From Basidiobolus meristosporus CBS 931.73 (taxonomy: Eukaryota > Fungi > Basidiobolomycota): a stretch of DNA of 64,000 nt. Numbering within the stretch: position 1 is the first letter of the stretch; each line of letters starts with the position of its first letter. Positions 26,030 to 38,438 of this stretch are shown here, piece by piece. Made by a program: the position numbers and the translations under genes. The stretch is from contig MCFE01000001.1 in NCBI GenBank assembly GCA_002104905.1, positions 186,001 through 250,000 on the forward strand, given 5' to 3'. Below the pieces are notes generated by a model, which was given only the letters and a program-made list of their open reading frames with translations, was not told the origin of the DNA and did not search any database.

Positions 26030-28330
26030 TGCCAACAACTTAGAACTGTGGTTCCACTTCACAAATATATGGGAGGATTGTGAAAGTGTTTGCTGTTTTT
26101 ACTGTAAAACTTGATAGTGTCTTAATTATCCCTTAGGGGGACTTCAATGGCATTCTGATGCTCTTAATACCTTCTGCATTTATTTAAGTCTACCCAATTA
26201 GCCAATGATTGCAAATGCATTATAGATGAAAAGACCTATTGGTGTTCCGCTGGCCTTAAAGTGTACCTCTGAGGGCATTGTCTTGGCAGTACAGCAGCCT
26301 ACAGAGAATAGCCCAAAATACTTTAATGCCAGCTCACCAAATTGTACTATACTTTTCACCTCCCTTTGCACCATTATTATATTTTACTACCAATTTCCCT
26401 ACTTATTTGGATACCCGTACTACCGTGGGCATTTCATTTAGAGTAAAGATAACAAGTTTATGACCTCCTGATCACCTACTTCTCTGTACAGGTGCACAAG
26501 CTGCCATCAATACACTACTATTGCAATAGCTTTGCTGCTCTTCAGTGTGCTTCTTGCAAATTTGTCAAAAACCTTCTATTGCTGAATGCATGTACTTCTT
26601 GCAAACACATGCATATTTATCACTACTCTTGCCATAAATACCTCATCAATACTTGCAAAATACTTTTCAGTACTATGCCAACATATCCTTTCTCCCTGCT
26701 GGACTCTCTCCCCACTTATAGGCAAGCTCTGGGCCTTGTTGTGCCTATTCTATATCAACAAGCAACAGAATGGGCTTTTACTCAGGAAGATCAGACACAC
26801 TAAGAACAGTAGTCCTAATGGAAATAGTTGCCTGCAGCATTTCACTCAAGCTAACAATACTCTGCTATTTACATGCATACTCACACTGCTTAGCTTCTTG
26901 ATACCAAAGTCATAGGTCCTCTGATTTATATTGTTGTGCTTAGAGTTTTCTAATTCTTCCAGGCTGTCTTCCATGTGCAAACCCAGCACATCCTAATGGA
27001 CCTGAAACTAATATTTATGATGAGATTGAGATATTGCAGTTCTTGCAGCCCCAACTGGCTACCTGGCTACACATAGATCTGATCCATTGAAACTCCCTAA
27101 AGGTAAAGCATGGTTCAATATTTTCCACACATCAAGCAAGATAAAGTACAGAGTGCATTCAGTAATGGCTGGGATCTCCATATTCAGCCTTAAGTTTGGA
27201 TGTAGCTGCTCATTTCCTTACTCAAACTCCCTGCACAAGAGCTGTAGATATGTTAATTTGGCATTGGTAAGCTGCTTCTGGATAAACATTCTTCTAATCA
27301 GAGCACATAAATCCAAATACCTTCATTGACCCAGTGTTAATACTTTTGCAGTGTGTAACTTGAGAGCTACTTACCCAGTTCTTCCAGTGGTTGCATTGGT
27401 ATTGTTGCATATTTGTAGCCAATGTGGATACTTTGATCAGTAAGAGTGTTGGAGAGTTGTTGATTCCACCCTAATATTTGCCTAGCTTATCATCTCATTT
27501 CTCCTCCCAATCATTTCTAACACCACCAGGGAGTTTACAAGAGAGTTGCACCTCTTTAATTGCTTACACATTACTACCATGGGCATTTCATTAAAGCCAC
27601 AATGGGAATAAGTGATGGCTTCCTGCTTACCAACATTTACATATGCATATACCCACTGCAACTAGCACAGATCCATTACCTTGACTTTATACTATTAGGT
27701 ATGATACTTTCAAAGTTGCAACATACCTTGTTTCTCAATACAATCCTTCACATTGCTGAGGTCATGTCTCTATTATAGGAGTAAACTGACACCTTTTGTG
27801 CAAATTTTACATTGAAAGATGCAGAAATTTGCTAGTACTAAGAAGAAAGCTGGGGTACTATAACAAAGTTTGAAGAAATATGCTTATCATGTGGTGTTGT
27901 GCAGCAGCTATAAATTGACTTAGCAATTCCAGACTAGTATCAGTCACTACAGGACTAGTTGACATTGTTAAGTTTGCCACTCTTTCTCAGATCTATGGTT
28001 CTATGATTATTCCCCTACAGTTATTATCAAGTAGGACTTTGACCATGCTTCATGTATTGACCCTAAGACTTTTACAGTAAGATCCTGAATATCAAGAAGT
28101 TCTTCCAAGTTAGTGTTACAGATGTATTACTTTTACAATGATATAAATACTGAGGAATTTTATGAAATAATAACAGCTCAACTATTAGCATTGCTTGCTG
28201 ATAAGTACCTTATATCCAAAACACTTCTGAAATTGCAACATATCAAGATTGATGAGAATTAGGGGCTTACATTGATACATAGTCATCATTTAATTTTATA
28301 TTCATTAACATGCACTGCCTCATATAGAAC
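26030..28330 (-). pseudogene. Diverged family-B-type transposase relic (3' two-thirds, with deletions)
   Basis: Patches match 60500-60850 and 61490-61680; PLILINL and (D)TPA motifs around the solo LTR. Confidence 0.65.
27890..28240 (+). repeat. Solo LTR related to the C2 LTRs (opposite orientation)
   Basis: TGTGG...GCAACA, TSD TATCA (27885-89 / 28241-45); aligns with the reverse complement of 30055-30422. Confidence 0.88.
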
Positions 28331-28439
28331 TGTCTTAAACACACAGAGTAGATGGGCATATCCTGTCTGTTAAGATTTTGTGGCTCAGGAATAACAGCAC
28401 TGTATAAGTGGAATGGAACTTCTTGAGGAGGGGTTCAAG

Positions 28440-30054
28440 CTAGTTCCAACAGAGTGCTCACAACACCCATTGTATATCTTTCATACATTTGTATGCATCT
28501 GCTGTAAATGGTGTTCCATCTTTTGTCTATCCATGTATAGAACAATCTTTACCAACCAAAACCTTCCAAAAGTTGGTCAATTGTCATATGTCCAGGAATA
28601 GCATGTGGACTAATAAATATATCAGGCACAATACCTTCTTCAGTATATGGAAAATCTTCCTGTGGTAGAATAATTGTGACAACACCTTTCTGCACATGTC
28701 TAGAAGCAACTTTGTCACCAACTTCAATGTATTTATGAAAATTGAAATAACCTTGACATGCAAGTGTTTAGAATGTGAAATCTTGGTGGCCTTACCCTTA
28801 TGACATTTGACAACCCAAATTTTTGTTGGTAATTGCATCAAATATGGTACATAATAAGTCACCATCTTCCAGTATGCCACCAACTGTTGAAACACCATTT
28901 ACGTATTTAGTTTCATCAAAAATATCCTGGTTACAATAATTGCAGATTTGTTACCCAAAAGTTCACAAACATTGACATGTTGGGTAAAAGATTGAAACAA
29001 ACCTTGGTCAACAGCAGCTTTGGAAATAATAACACCATCTTTTTGGTTATATCCAGTATAAGATTGTATCATGACAACTAATTTAACCCTGTTGGGTTGT
29101 TTATCCATTTTTAATAGATCATAAGCAAATGTATTGACCAATGGCACCTGGGCAGATTCCAAGAAGTTTGTATCTCCAGAAGCTATGGTAGAAGGGGAGT
29201 GAAGTTGCATACCTTGTTTGATCATGGCAGAAGCAAAGACATTACACGCAGACTGGTTGTGGTTGCCATTGGGGACCATAGAGGCTGGAATACCCATCAT
29301 TACCCAGGGATGAATTTTCATGTGAGTATACATATGATGGTGTCCATGATATCCAATACCACCCAGGGTGATCTGGGATTGTTCACCAGGATTGACAAAT
29401 TCTATCTTACCAGGTTCTAAAAGAAAATCCCAGGAGAGAGAATTTAACTTGTTTCAATCTATTGGTGTACCAAAGAGTTCAAAAGGTGGTCTCATAAATT
29501 GGTCAGAAGAATTTTTGATGTAAATAATTCTGGGGATGGGTTTGTAATAGAGGACAAAGATCATGGGATGAATTTGTTTAAGTTTTTTTTGAAGATGTGC
29601 CAAGGTGCCACCATAAAAGCCAATGATGTACCTGTCTAAGAGAACAGGATGTTTGACGTCACAATTGTTGAAGGATAAATTATTTTTTAGCCAAGTTTGC
29701 GCTTTGCAAAATTTTTCATTGGAGATGGTGGGAGCAAACAAGTGAGGGAGAGATGTTAAATAATACCAACAATTTTGCCTTCAGGGGTTTTGTAGAGACA
29801 GATGTAACCCAACTGGCTGGGGTGAATGGCTTGCATGTGAATGTTAGAAGTGCTTTTGTCACAGGGGACATTAATTTTGCAAACCATGGAGAGCTTGTCA
29901 ATGGTGGATTTGCACAAGACCAAGTCAACCATCTTGGAATAGATTTTGTTGTTTATAATTTGTTGACCTTCTTTAGCATGGTAAAGAGTTTATCCTCCAA
30001 AAAAGCTTGCAGACAACTTCTTATGCCAGAGAGTTTGATGGCACAAGAAAAGAT
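28440..30054 (-). pseudogene. RNA polymerase second-largest subunit (RPB2/beta-like), divergent and compact; 3' segment
   Basis: Motifs in correct order: HPSQLGYICLYKTPEGKIVGII; MRPP; WDFLLEPGKIEFVN; YTHMKIHPWVMMGIPASMVPNGNHNQSACNVFASAMIKQGM; SYTGYNQKDGVIISKAAVDQGLF; [53 protein letters not shown]; DGTPF. Confidence 0.93.
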
Positions 30055-33000
30055 TGTTGCAATTTAAGAGGTGATTTGGATACAAGGAAAGTATCAAGAA
30101 ATAGTGCTAGTAGTTGAACTGTTGTTTATTAGTAAAGAAGCTCAGTATTTATACCTTTGTAGAAGTAATACAGCTGTAACACTAAGTAAGGAGGGTTTCT
30201 CAGTATTCAGGAGCATTTTGTAACAGTTTCAGGGTTAGTACATAATAGTTAGTATTAGTGCTAATTTGATCCTGACTATAGGGGAATAATCATAAGATCA
30301 TAAATCTGAAGAAAGGGGCAAAGTTAGAGCTGCAAATTAGTGTCACAGTGACCAAGACTAATCCAAAATTGTCAGTAAGTTTTTAGCTGCAGAATGATAC
30401 CAAATAGTCCAATACTTCAACACTCCGCCTCAACTAAATAATTTCTTAATCTTGATTCCTCCCTGAGATTCTCAAATCGTGTCCTAGCTAGTGGCTTTGT
30501 CAATATATCTGCTATCATTTTGTTAGTTAGGCTGTACACTAACTCTACTAAGTTATTTTCTACAGCTTTCCTCACAAATTAATGATGTATATCAATGTGC
30601 TTAGTTCTGGTATGATTAGTAGGATTTCTAGCTAATGAAATACAACTTTGATTATCCTTGTAAATACATGTTGGCTCATGTGAATTAAAACCTAAGTCTT
30701 TGAGTAATCTTTGTAGCCATATAGCCTCCTTAGTTGCTTTACATGCAGCCGTATATTCTGCTTCAGTTGTAGATAGGGCCACAGTTGGTTGTTTCTTGCA
30801 ATTCCAAGTAATTGCTGCACCAGCATAGAGAAATACATAGCTTGTGGTAGAGCGTCAGTCAATCAGATCCCTACCCCAATCTGAATCACTACAACCATCA
30901 ATTTTTTGCCTATTAGCTGCTCCAGAGTATTCCAGTACCATATTTATGGTACCTTGTAGATATCTGAAAATCCACTTAACTACTACAATTTGATCTGACT
31001 CATAATTCTGCAGGAATTGAATGACTATTCCAACAGCTACTGCAATATCTAGACATGTAGACACCGTCAAGTACATTAGACTACCCACAATTGATTGATA
31101 GGGAGAGTTTTGGTCCACATTTGAGCCATTTTCATCTATAACTGGCTGAGATTTGCTTAATTCCAGGTTATTGTGCATAGGGGTAGCTGATGGTCTGCAA
31201 TTTCCATTTAAAGCATCTACTAGTATCCCTGATGTAGTTGGACTGATTTAGCACAATATTCTGCATAGGGATGTCAAATTTGACCTCAATTCCAAGAATA
31301 TAGCTCAATTTTCCAAGATCTTTCATCTCAAACTCGCTGAAGAGATCTGATTCTTATTTTTAAGTGCCTCTTGGTTACTTGTAGCTATAATTAGGTTGTC
31401 CACATAAAGAACTAGGATGATCACACCCATTGTGAGCTGTTTCACGTACATAATGTGATCTGCAGTGCTTCAAGAGTACCCAGTTTCCTGTAGATATGTG
31501 TCAATCTTGTTATACCATGCTCTAGGTGCCTGCTCAAGCCCATACAACAATTCTCTAAGTTTGCACACCTTATGGGGGTCTTTTGGATTGGTAAAACCTT
31601 CTGGTTGCTCCATATATATAGCTTCTTGCAAATCCCCATTTAGAAAGGCAGTTCTGATGCCCATTTGGTGTAGATCTAAATTGTGTACAGCTTACAGGGC
31701 TAGAACTGTCCTAATGGAGTTAAACTTGGCAACTGCGGCAAATGTTTCCTTAAAATCTAGTCCCTGGAGCTGGGAATAGCCTTTAGCCACCAATCTAGGC
31801 TGGTACTTATTAATGGCACCATTTGAAGTTATCTTGATCTTGTAGACCCATCTACATTCTATTGGCTTTCTCCCATTTGGTATATCTACCAGTTCCCACA
31901 TTTTTGTCTTGATCAATGTTTGGTACTCCTCCTGCATGGCTTGTTGCCACATAGTAGCATCTGGACTTTGCATTGCCTGTTCCAGATTCTGAGGTTCAGC
32001 ACATAAGGCAAGACAAGCTTTGTCATGATCATTGGATGACTGCTACCAGGATCCAGGGGCATTTCTTATTCTGGTGAATCTCCTAACTAGGATAATCCTG
32101 AGGTGCTGGAGATCTGGTTTTTTGCCTGTATATGCTTCAAAGGGTGTAGAATCACATAGTGCTAGGTGTGTGGTCTTGATGTATATTGAGGTAGCAACAG
32201 ATTCAGCCCAAAACTTGTAGTCCATTCCCTTATCATGTAGCTTATATCTTTCCATCTCTACTATTGTTCTATTTGCATGTTCTGCTAATCCATTTTGCTG
32301 TGGAGTATAAGAACTGTGGTCTGCTGAAGTGTACCAGTAGGCAAGCAGTATTTTGCAAACTCCTCTGAGCAGTATTCTCCTCCATTGTCACTTTGTAGTA
32401 CTTTCAATTTACACCCAGTTTGTGTTTCTGCCAGGTTCTTGAAGTGCTTAAACGTCTCTAAAGCTTCATCCTTTGTCTTGAGGAAGTACACCCATGTATA
32501 TCTTGTTTTGTCATCAATAAACATCATAAGATTTCACTTGGCTGCAAGGGATACTGTTCTCATTGGGCCACATATGTCTGAGTGTACAATTGCCAATATT
32601 TTGGTGGTATTGAAGTCTTCTGAGCTTTTGAAATGTTGCCTAGCTTGTTGCCATTTGAACATCCCTTGCAAACATTCAATTTGATTGGAATTGAGTATAA
32701 TAGGCCCAAAACAAGCTGATTTCTCACCAATTTGCTCATTTTCTGTTCCCCAATTTGTCCAAGCCTCCTATGCCACATCTCCCAGTTGGTTTCATCAGTT
32801 TCAGCAATTTTGACATCCATACTGATTCCCAAAGCTAATTTTTGTCCAATCTCACTCAATATTGAGCAGCTCTTCCTAGTAAAAACAAATTTTAGTCCCT
32901 GAGCAGTTGCTTTACTGACTGAGAGTAGGTTCTTAGCTATTACAGGTACATAGAGTACATCAGCAAGTCTTGCTGTTGTTGCCCCTGACCTATTGCTCAT

Positions 33001-34383
33001 ATTTGGTTGTATAGACCCACTTGCGGTAGCTTCCAGAGCAGAGTTCTCTCCCAGATAAACCTTTCTTAAAGGACTAGTGCTTAAGTTGCTGAACCACTCC
33101 TTTATACCACAAATATGCTGTCATGCACCAGAGTCAATATACCACTCATAACTTTGGTTACTTGCACTCTCTTGTACAGTTACAAGTAGCTGCTCATCAG
33201 TAGTTATATGGTGTGCCTGCTCTAGTTTCTGTTTTTTGCCTGTTTGTTTCTTCTTGCATTCTCTTGCCCAGGGTCCTGGCTTTTTACAATATATGCAGCA
33301 ACCAGGTTATCTTTGGTTTTGTTGCTTTCCCTTCTTTTCTGTGTGCCTCTCTGAACCAAATAAAGCATTAACTTCAGTTTTTTCTGCTTGATCATTATGT
33401 CTGAGTTCTTCATGGAGAAATCTTCCTTTGGCATAGTCTAAAGTCAAATTGTCTTCTCTGCATTCAAACAAGAGTACAAGTGGCTCATACTTGTCTGGTA
33501 GGCTGCAAAGCAGACAGAGTATCTTTTCATCATCATCTACACCAGCATTAATACTGTAAAGATCTTCTGCAAGAGTCTCCATATTGGTAACAAGTAGCAG
33601 CATGTCATCATCTGGCTTCTTCCTCATGTTGAAGAACTTTTGTTTTAAATAAAGCTTGCTTGATACTGACTTTGCTCCAAAGATCTTCACTAAGGATTCC
33701 CATGCTGCTTTGGCAGTATTTGAAGCATGGATTTGTCCAATGTAGGAATCTTGCACATTGATATATATGGCATTAAAGGCCTTTCTCTCCTCTTGAAGCT
33801 TCTCCACTTGTTCTGCTGTTCCTTTGGGCTCAACTTCTTTTCCTGTTACTATATTTCAAAGCTTCCTTTCCTCAAGGTGGATCTGCATCTTAATTCTCCA
33901 AAGTCTGTAGTTCTTTCCATCAGACCTCTCCTTTACAGGTAAGATGTTTGTGTTGTTCTGTTTACTGGTAGAAGTCATCTTTAGAATAGATTAAGGCAAT
34001 TGGGGCTCATAACCTACTGCAATTAAAGTAGTGATTTGGATATAAGGAACTTATCAAGAAATAGTGATAGTAATTGAGCTGTAGTTTATTAGTAAAGAAG
34101 CTCAGTATTTATACCTTTGTAGTAGTAATACAGCTGTAACACTAAGTAAGAAGGGTTTCTCAATATTCAGGAGCATTCTGTAACAGCTTAAGAGTTAGTA
34201 CACAATAGTTAGTATTAGTGCTAATTTGATCCTGACTATAGAGGAATAATCATAAGATCATAGATCTGAAGAGAGTGGCAAAGTTAGAGCTGTAAATTAG
34301 TCTCACAGTGACCAAGACTAATCCAGAATTTTCAACTAAATTTTCAGCTGCAGAGTGATACCAAATAGTCCAATATTTCAACA
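30055..34383 (-). mobile_element. Ty1/copia C2, full-length degenerate, inserted in the RPB2-like gene
   Basis: LTRs 30055-30422 and 34015-34383; TSD AAGAT (30050-54 / 34384-88); PBS GGTTATGAGCCC (34003-14, minus); PPT AGGCGGAG; gag-PR-INT-RT-RH order. Confidence 0.95.
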
Positions 34384-35176
34384 AAGATTTGGTCTCAAAA
34401 GATGTTGGAAGATTTGCCAAGTTTGCTTCCATAATCATCACAATCCATGGGTTGGAGAAGATCCATAGAGGTCATAAGGGCAAGTTAAAATAACAGGGCA
34501 AGGGTATAGACAATGCTAATTTTAGCTTGCATGGGGAAATATTTGGATCCTAGAATATGTGGATCTTTGGGGGAGATGATGTTTTCAGAGTTGATCATGG
34601 TGGCCATGAAGATGGTGGAGAAAGTATTTACATGAAAATGGTTGGCATCAAGGAGGGCATGTATTTTGTAAATTTTATTGAAGTCAAAATCAAGATTATT
34701 CAGGATCCAATAGAGCCATAAAGATGGGTAGAGGAGATGTCTAGATAAAGGTCAACGGAATTTTCAATGCAAGCACATAATGGGAGAAGGGAGTCCCTGA
34801 AGCGGTTTTTGCAGGAGACAACATTATCAGCAGCGGAGATGTAAGGGACAACAATGTTGCATAATTTTGAATTAGAGGTACATGTTCAATGCCATCAATG
34901 AAGTAGTATCCTCTGTGGTTAATAAGGGGGAGTTTGCAGACAAGCTGGCTGTTGTGGTGCATGGGATGTCCTTTCCAAGTTATACGTTGAGCAATTGCAT
35001 CATGAGGGTGAATTTTAGGGGGAATAAATTTTGTGTCATGACCAAATTTTTCCTTGAGCTAGATTTGAATTTTTGCAAGACATAAGTGTGGGAGTGGGAG
35101 ATGTTAGCATTGAAACCATATTTGTCAAAAAATTCTGTAGGATGTTGGTACAGGTATGGAAGAGAGAGGGGTGCAT
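34384..35176 (-). pseudogene. RPB2/beta-like gene, 5' segment
   Basis: Candidate ATG at 35176 (MHPLSLPYLYQHPTEFFDKYGF); PKIHPHDAIAQRITW (cf. YP.EARLR.LTY); KLPLINHRGYYFIDGIEHVPLIQ (cf. GYFIINGSEKV..AQ); DCDDYGSK (cf. DRDHYGNK). Frameshifted. Confidence 0.8.
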
Positions 35177-35229
35177 GATAACCTGATGGATATGAGTGGT
35201 TAAGGGTAATGTCATTTAATCCTTATACA

Positions 35230-35640
35230 CAAGAGAGCATTGCCATTGCATATTTCTAACACATTATTGACCATCCTCTGAAATGTAATAGTGGCATGGC
35301 ACAAGCCAAAGGCAAGTTAAATGCATCTGAATAATTCAAACCATGTTGTGAAAGCAGACTTAGGGTGACCATCTGGGGCTACACCTGTATTCAGTATCAA
35401 GAGACCAAATCAAGAGTGCCAAAATATTTAGCCCCAACTTACCTGTCCAAGAGTTGGTCTATCTGTTACAGTGGATACATATCTTTCCCAGTGACTATGC
35501 TCTCTTTCTGATAGTTGATGCAAAAACATTGCTTTTCATCCTTCTATGGGAACTATCATTGTGGGGTAGGCCCACAAAGAGTGGTCTAGATAGTGAGGTC
35601 ATCCTTTGATAAAGTTTCCATTATTTTTTTGACATAAGTG
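35230..35640 (-). pseudogene. Ty3/gypsy reverse-transcriptase fragment
   Basis: CFCINYQK..KDMYPL.QIDQLLD..GAKYFGTLDL...KSAFTT...FGLCHATITFQRMVNNVL. Confidence 0.8.
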
Positions 35641-35684
35641 GTGTCAGTTTTTGCTTTACTTCAGGTCTAGGTGCCGTGGCTGAT

Positions 35685-38043
35685 TTGATAGAAACAATGA
35701 CCCAATGAAATCAGGAAATAGTCCAGAAACAGAATGAGTGGGAAATACATGTAGAGCAATCTATATGCCAGGTAGAGAAAGCAGTATCTTTGCTGTAAAG
35801 AAGGAACTCAGGTAGCTCATTGTCACAGCCAATAATTGAGCAATTTCCTGGTGTAACTGCAGAGGAACATTGTACAGTCTTTGTAGCACAACAACCATTT
35901 CCAAAGATAAAGCCCACAGAAAAACCAATCACAGTATGGGAGGGAGACAATGCGGTGTTTATACCAAGGCATAAAAGTCAGAAAACATTGAAGATCTGTG
36001 AAGCCATTGAGTGCAATAATGAACAGTGGTCCAATATTCAAGAGGCTGTCAGAAGTCTAACACACAATCACCTTAAGGCTGGCATACAATGGGACCATCA
36101 GGAACTCAAGGCCAAGCAGAATGCACTTGACTTATTCCATGAGTATTATCCTGGATTCAAACAGGCAAACAGATTTCTGGCCAGCATTAGTATGCTAAGA
36201 AAGTATCTTATGAGTAGTAGAAACTATCAAAGGCAGAGGAACAAGGGTGCCATGGCTAAAAACCAGCAGCTTTCTCATGAGCCCATTACAAGCAGGGCTA
36301 AAAGCTCCAGACAAGTGTCAAAGAGATGTCAGGTAGCTGGCAGAGTGCCAATTAGGGACAATCAGGTGGACACAGATGCTCTGGCACTACATTAATCAAG
36401 TAAAAAGCATAGTACCACTCAAGAAGCACTCAGTCAAAGTAGCAGTGAAGGACCTGGCAGTGATGACACCAGTGTCAATTACAGGAGCCCATCACAGCTA
36501 CAGTTGAGAGCTTGAAACATATGGAAATGAAACAACAGGTTGCCAGAAGCGTACCAGCAAGGGACAAGCAGGCCAAAACAGATGCATCAGAGCAGAATTT
36601 ATCAAGTAGAGAATGTAGTTCTTTACAAGAATCACTCAGACAAAGTAGCAGTGAAAGACCTGGCAGTGATAGAGGAAAAGGTAAAGGGAAAAATGTCTAT
36701 CCAAGCCTGAGACAGGGAGGCATGCCAAAAAACTGCAGTTCTTGCCAATTAAAACCACAAACCCAGAACAGACTGAATCCCACCATAGCCAAGAAGAATT
36801 ACCAACAAGAAAGCAGCTGTTTTTACAAGAGCCTGAAGCCTAGCCTGCTGGGTTATACTCCAGCAAGGTAGATGAGTTTGCTGACAAAGGCAATTTGTCT
36901 ACCACAGCCTCCACATCCTCCATTGTTGAGAGAGTGCAGATCCCACTGACAGACAAGGCTTTTATGATCTACTGCTTGAGTGTTTAAGTAAGATCAGTTT
37001 TTAGTTAAATCAATTAAGTATATGCTTAGCCTACCAGTACATCAGTGTAATCTATCAAATCAGTAGTATTAGTCAGCAGATGAATTAGCAGATCCTTATC
37101 AAACAGAAATAGTTATATTAAGTAGGATCTAATTGGGTGATGATGATACAGTCAAATGGGTCATCAGCCACAGCCTACATTAGGAAATACAATTAGTCAG
37201 CAAATGATCTGGCAAAATGTATATAAGGAGCTGCTGGAACCTCATTAAAAAGCAGTTCAAGTATTAGTGAATACAATACTGACTAAACTCCCTATTCCTC
37301 TACAACTCTTATACCAAGACTTGTAGCAAGGCTACAACATCAAGAGCTCAAAAGACTATCATAATTCCTTCAGTGGAATTTTGGAACACCAATAGGCATA
37401 CCAAGAGGTTGCAGCACTTCTTCAAGAGCTGTGCTCAAGAAAACACACTGGAATATTGCAAGGATTTATTGCAAAGACTGGCAGATGAGGTGCTAGACCT
37501 TGCAGTGCCAGCTGAAGACCAGGACATGTGGGAATCAGTGAATGAACAGTGGCATAAAGCCATTGGGTTCCTGCCAAAGTTGTGAAACCAGAGCATTATA
37601 GCAGAAATGCTTATTGAGTGTGGGGTGGGCTTAATGTAAGTGCAGAGTAGAGGGACTTGTATAGGTTAATATAATTGGTAATTGAGGTACAACTGAAGTT
37701 TCAATAGAAGTAAATCAATTTGTATGCATGAGATGTAAGAGAAACAGTTGAGTCAGGAAGTAAGGAGTATGAAAAGAGGCACTAGCCAATCAATGCACAC
37801 AAATATAGGAGGTGACAGAGTGTCCTGGATCAGAAAGTGAGCAAATTGGCAGGGTACCAATCAAAAGCTACTTATACATTGTTGTGATAAAAATTTTTGA
37901 CCAAGTTTTTTGTAAAATTTGGGGTGCAATTATTTTTCAAAGGTCTCTGGACTGTGTCCTGACAGAATCAGTACCTCTTAGTCACAAGACTTTAACTTTG
38001 CAATGGCCTTTTGATGGGATCATTGCAATAATTTTTCATATGG
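35685..38043 (+). mobile_element. Family B copy B3: ORF2 3' part plus one terminus (..TTTTTCATATGG)
   Basis: Homology to B5 ORF2 and its left end. Confidence 0.85.
36961..37328 (+). repeat. Solo LTR of the gypsy family at 24750-25119
   Basis: Reverse-complement match to 24750-25119; TSD AGGCT (36956-60 / 37329-33). Confidence 0.9.
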
Positions 38044-38438
38044 TCTGCACATTCTCTCTGTGGGAAGATAATGTACTTAGAGTTGGTGTTTGGGTAATAA
38101 CAATAAGTGTGAGTTATGCAGCAAGGTGCCAATATAGAATTATCAACTGGCTGGCAAGATTATATTGGTACAGTAATTACCAATGAATTGTCAAATATGA
38201 CTTGTGTGGCAAAACACTTTACTGTGATCCTTATAATACTTCCTATACTGTCTGTGTGCTTTGTGGCTGAGTGGCTTGCCAAAATAGCCAAATGGTCTTT
38301 TTTTACTTTCTTACAGTGTTGAATCAGATTAGTCTGGTCCATGGGGCAAACAGTTTGACCTTTAACAATGTAATGCTATTAAATCACTTTTTGGTCAATA
38401 TTCATCTGAATTTAAGACAGTCTTGTATATGAGACATT

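Noticed and set aside
27600-28330. RPB2 C-terminal zinc/clamp region (FQCKIC, AYFFKL)
   Set aside because: The same sequence is better explained by family-B transposase motifs (PLILINL, TPA, C..C) and continues into clear transposase homology.
29753-30067. 104-aa plus-strand ORF as an independent gene
   Set aside because: It is an antisense shadow of the RPB2-like frame.
28440-35176. Functional host RPB2 gene
   Set aside because: It has stops, frameshifts, a 4.3-kb copia insertion, strong compaction and altered invariant motifs, so no gene symbol is assigned.
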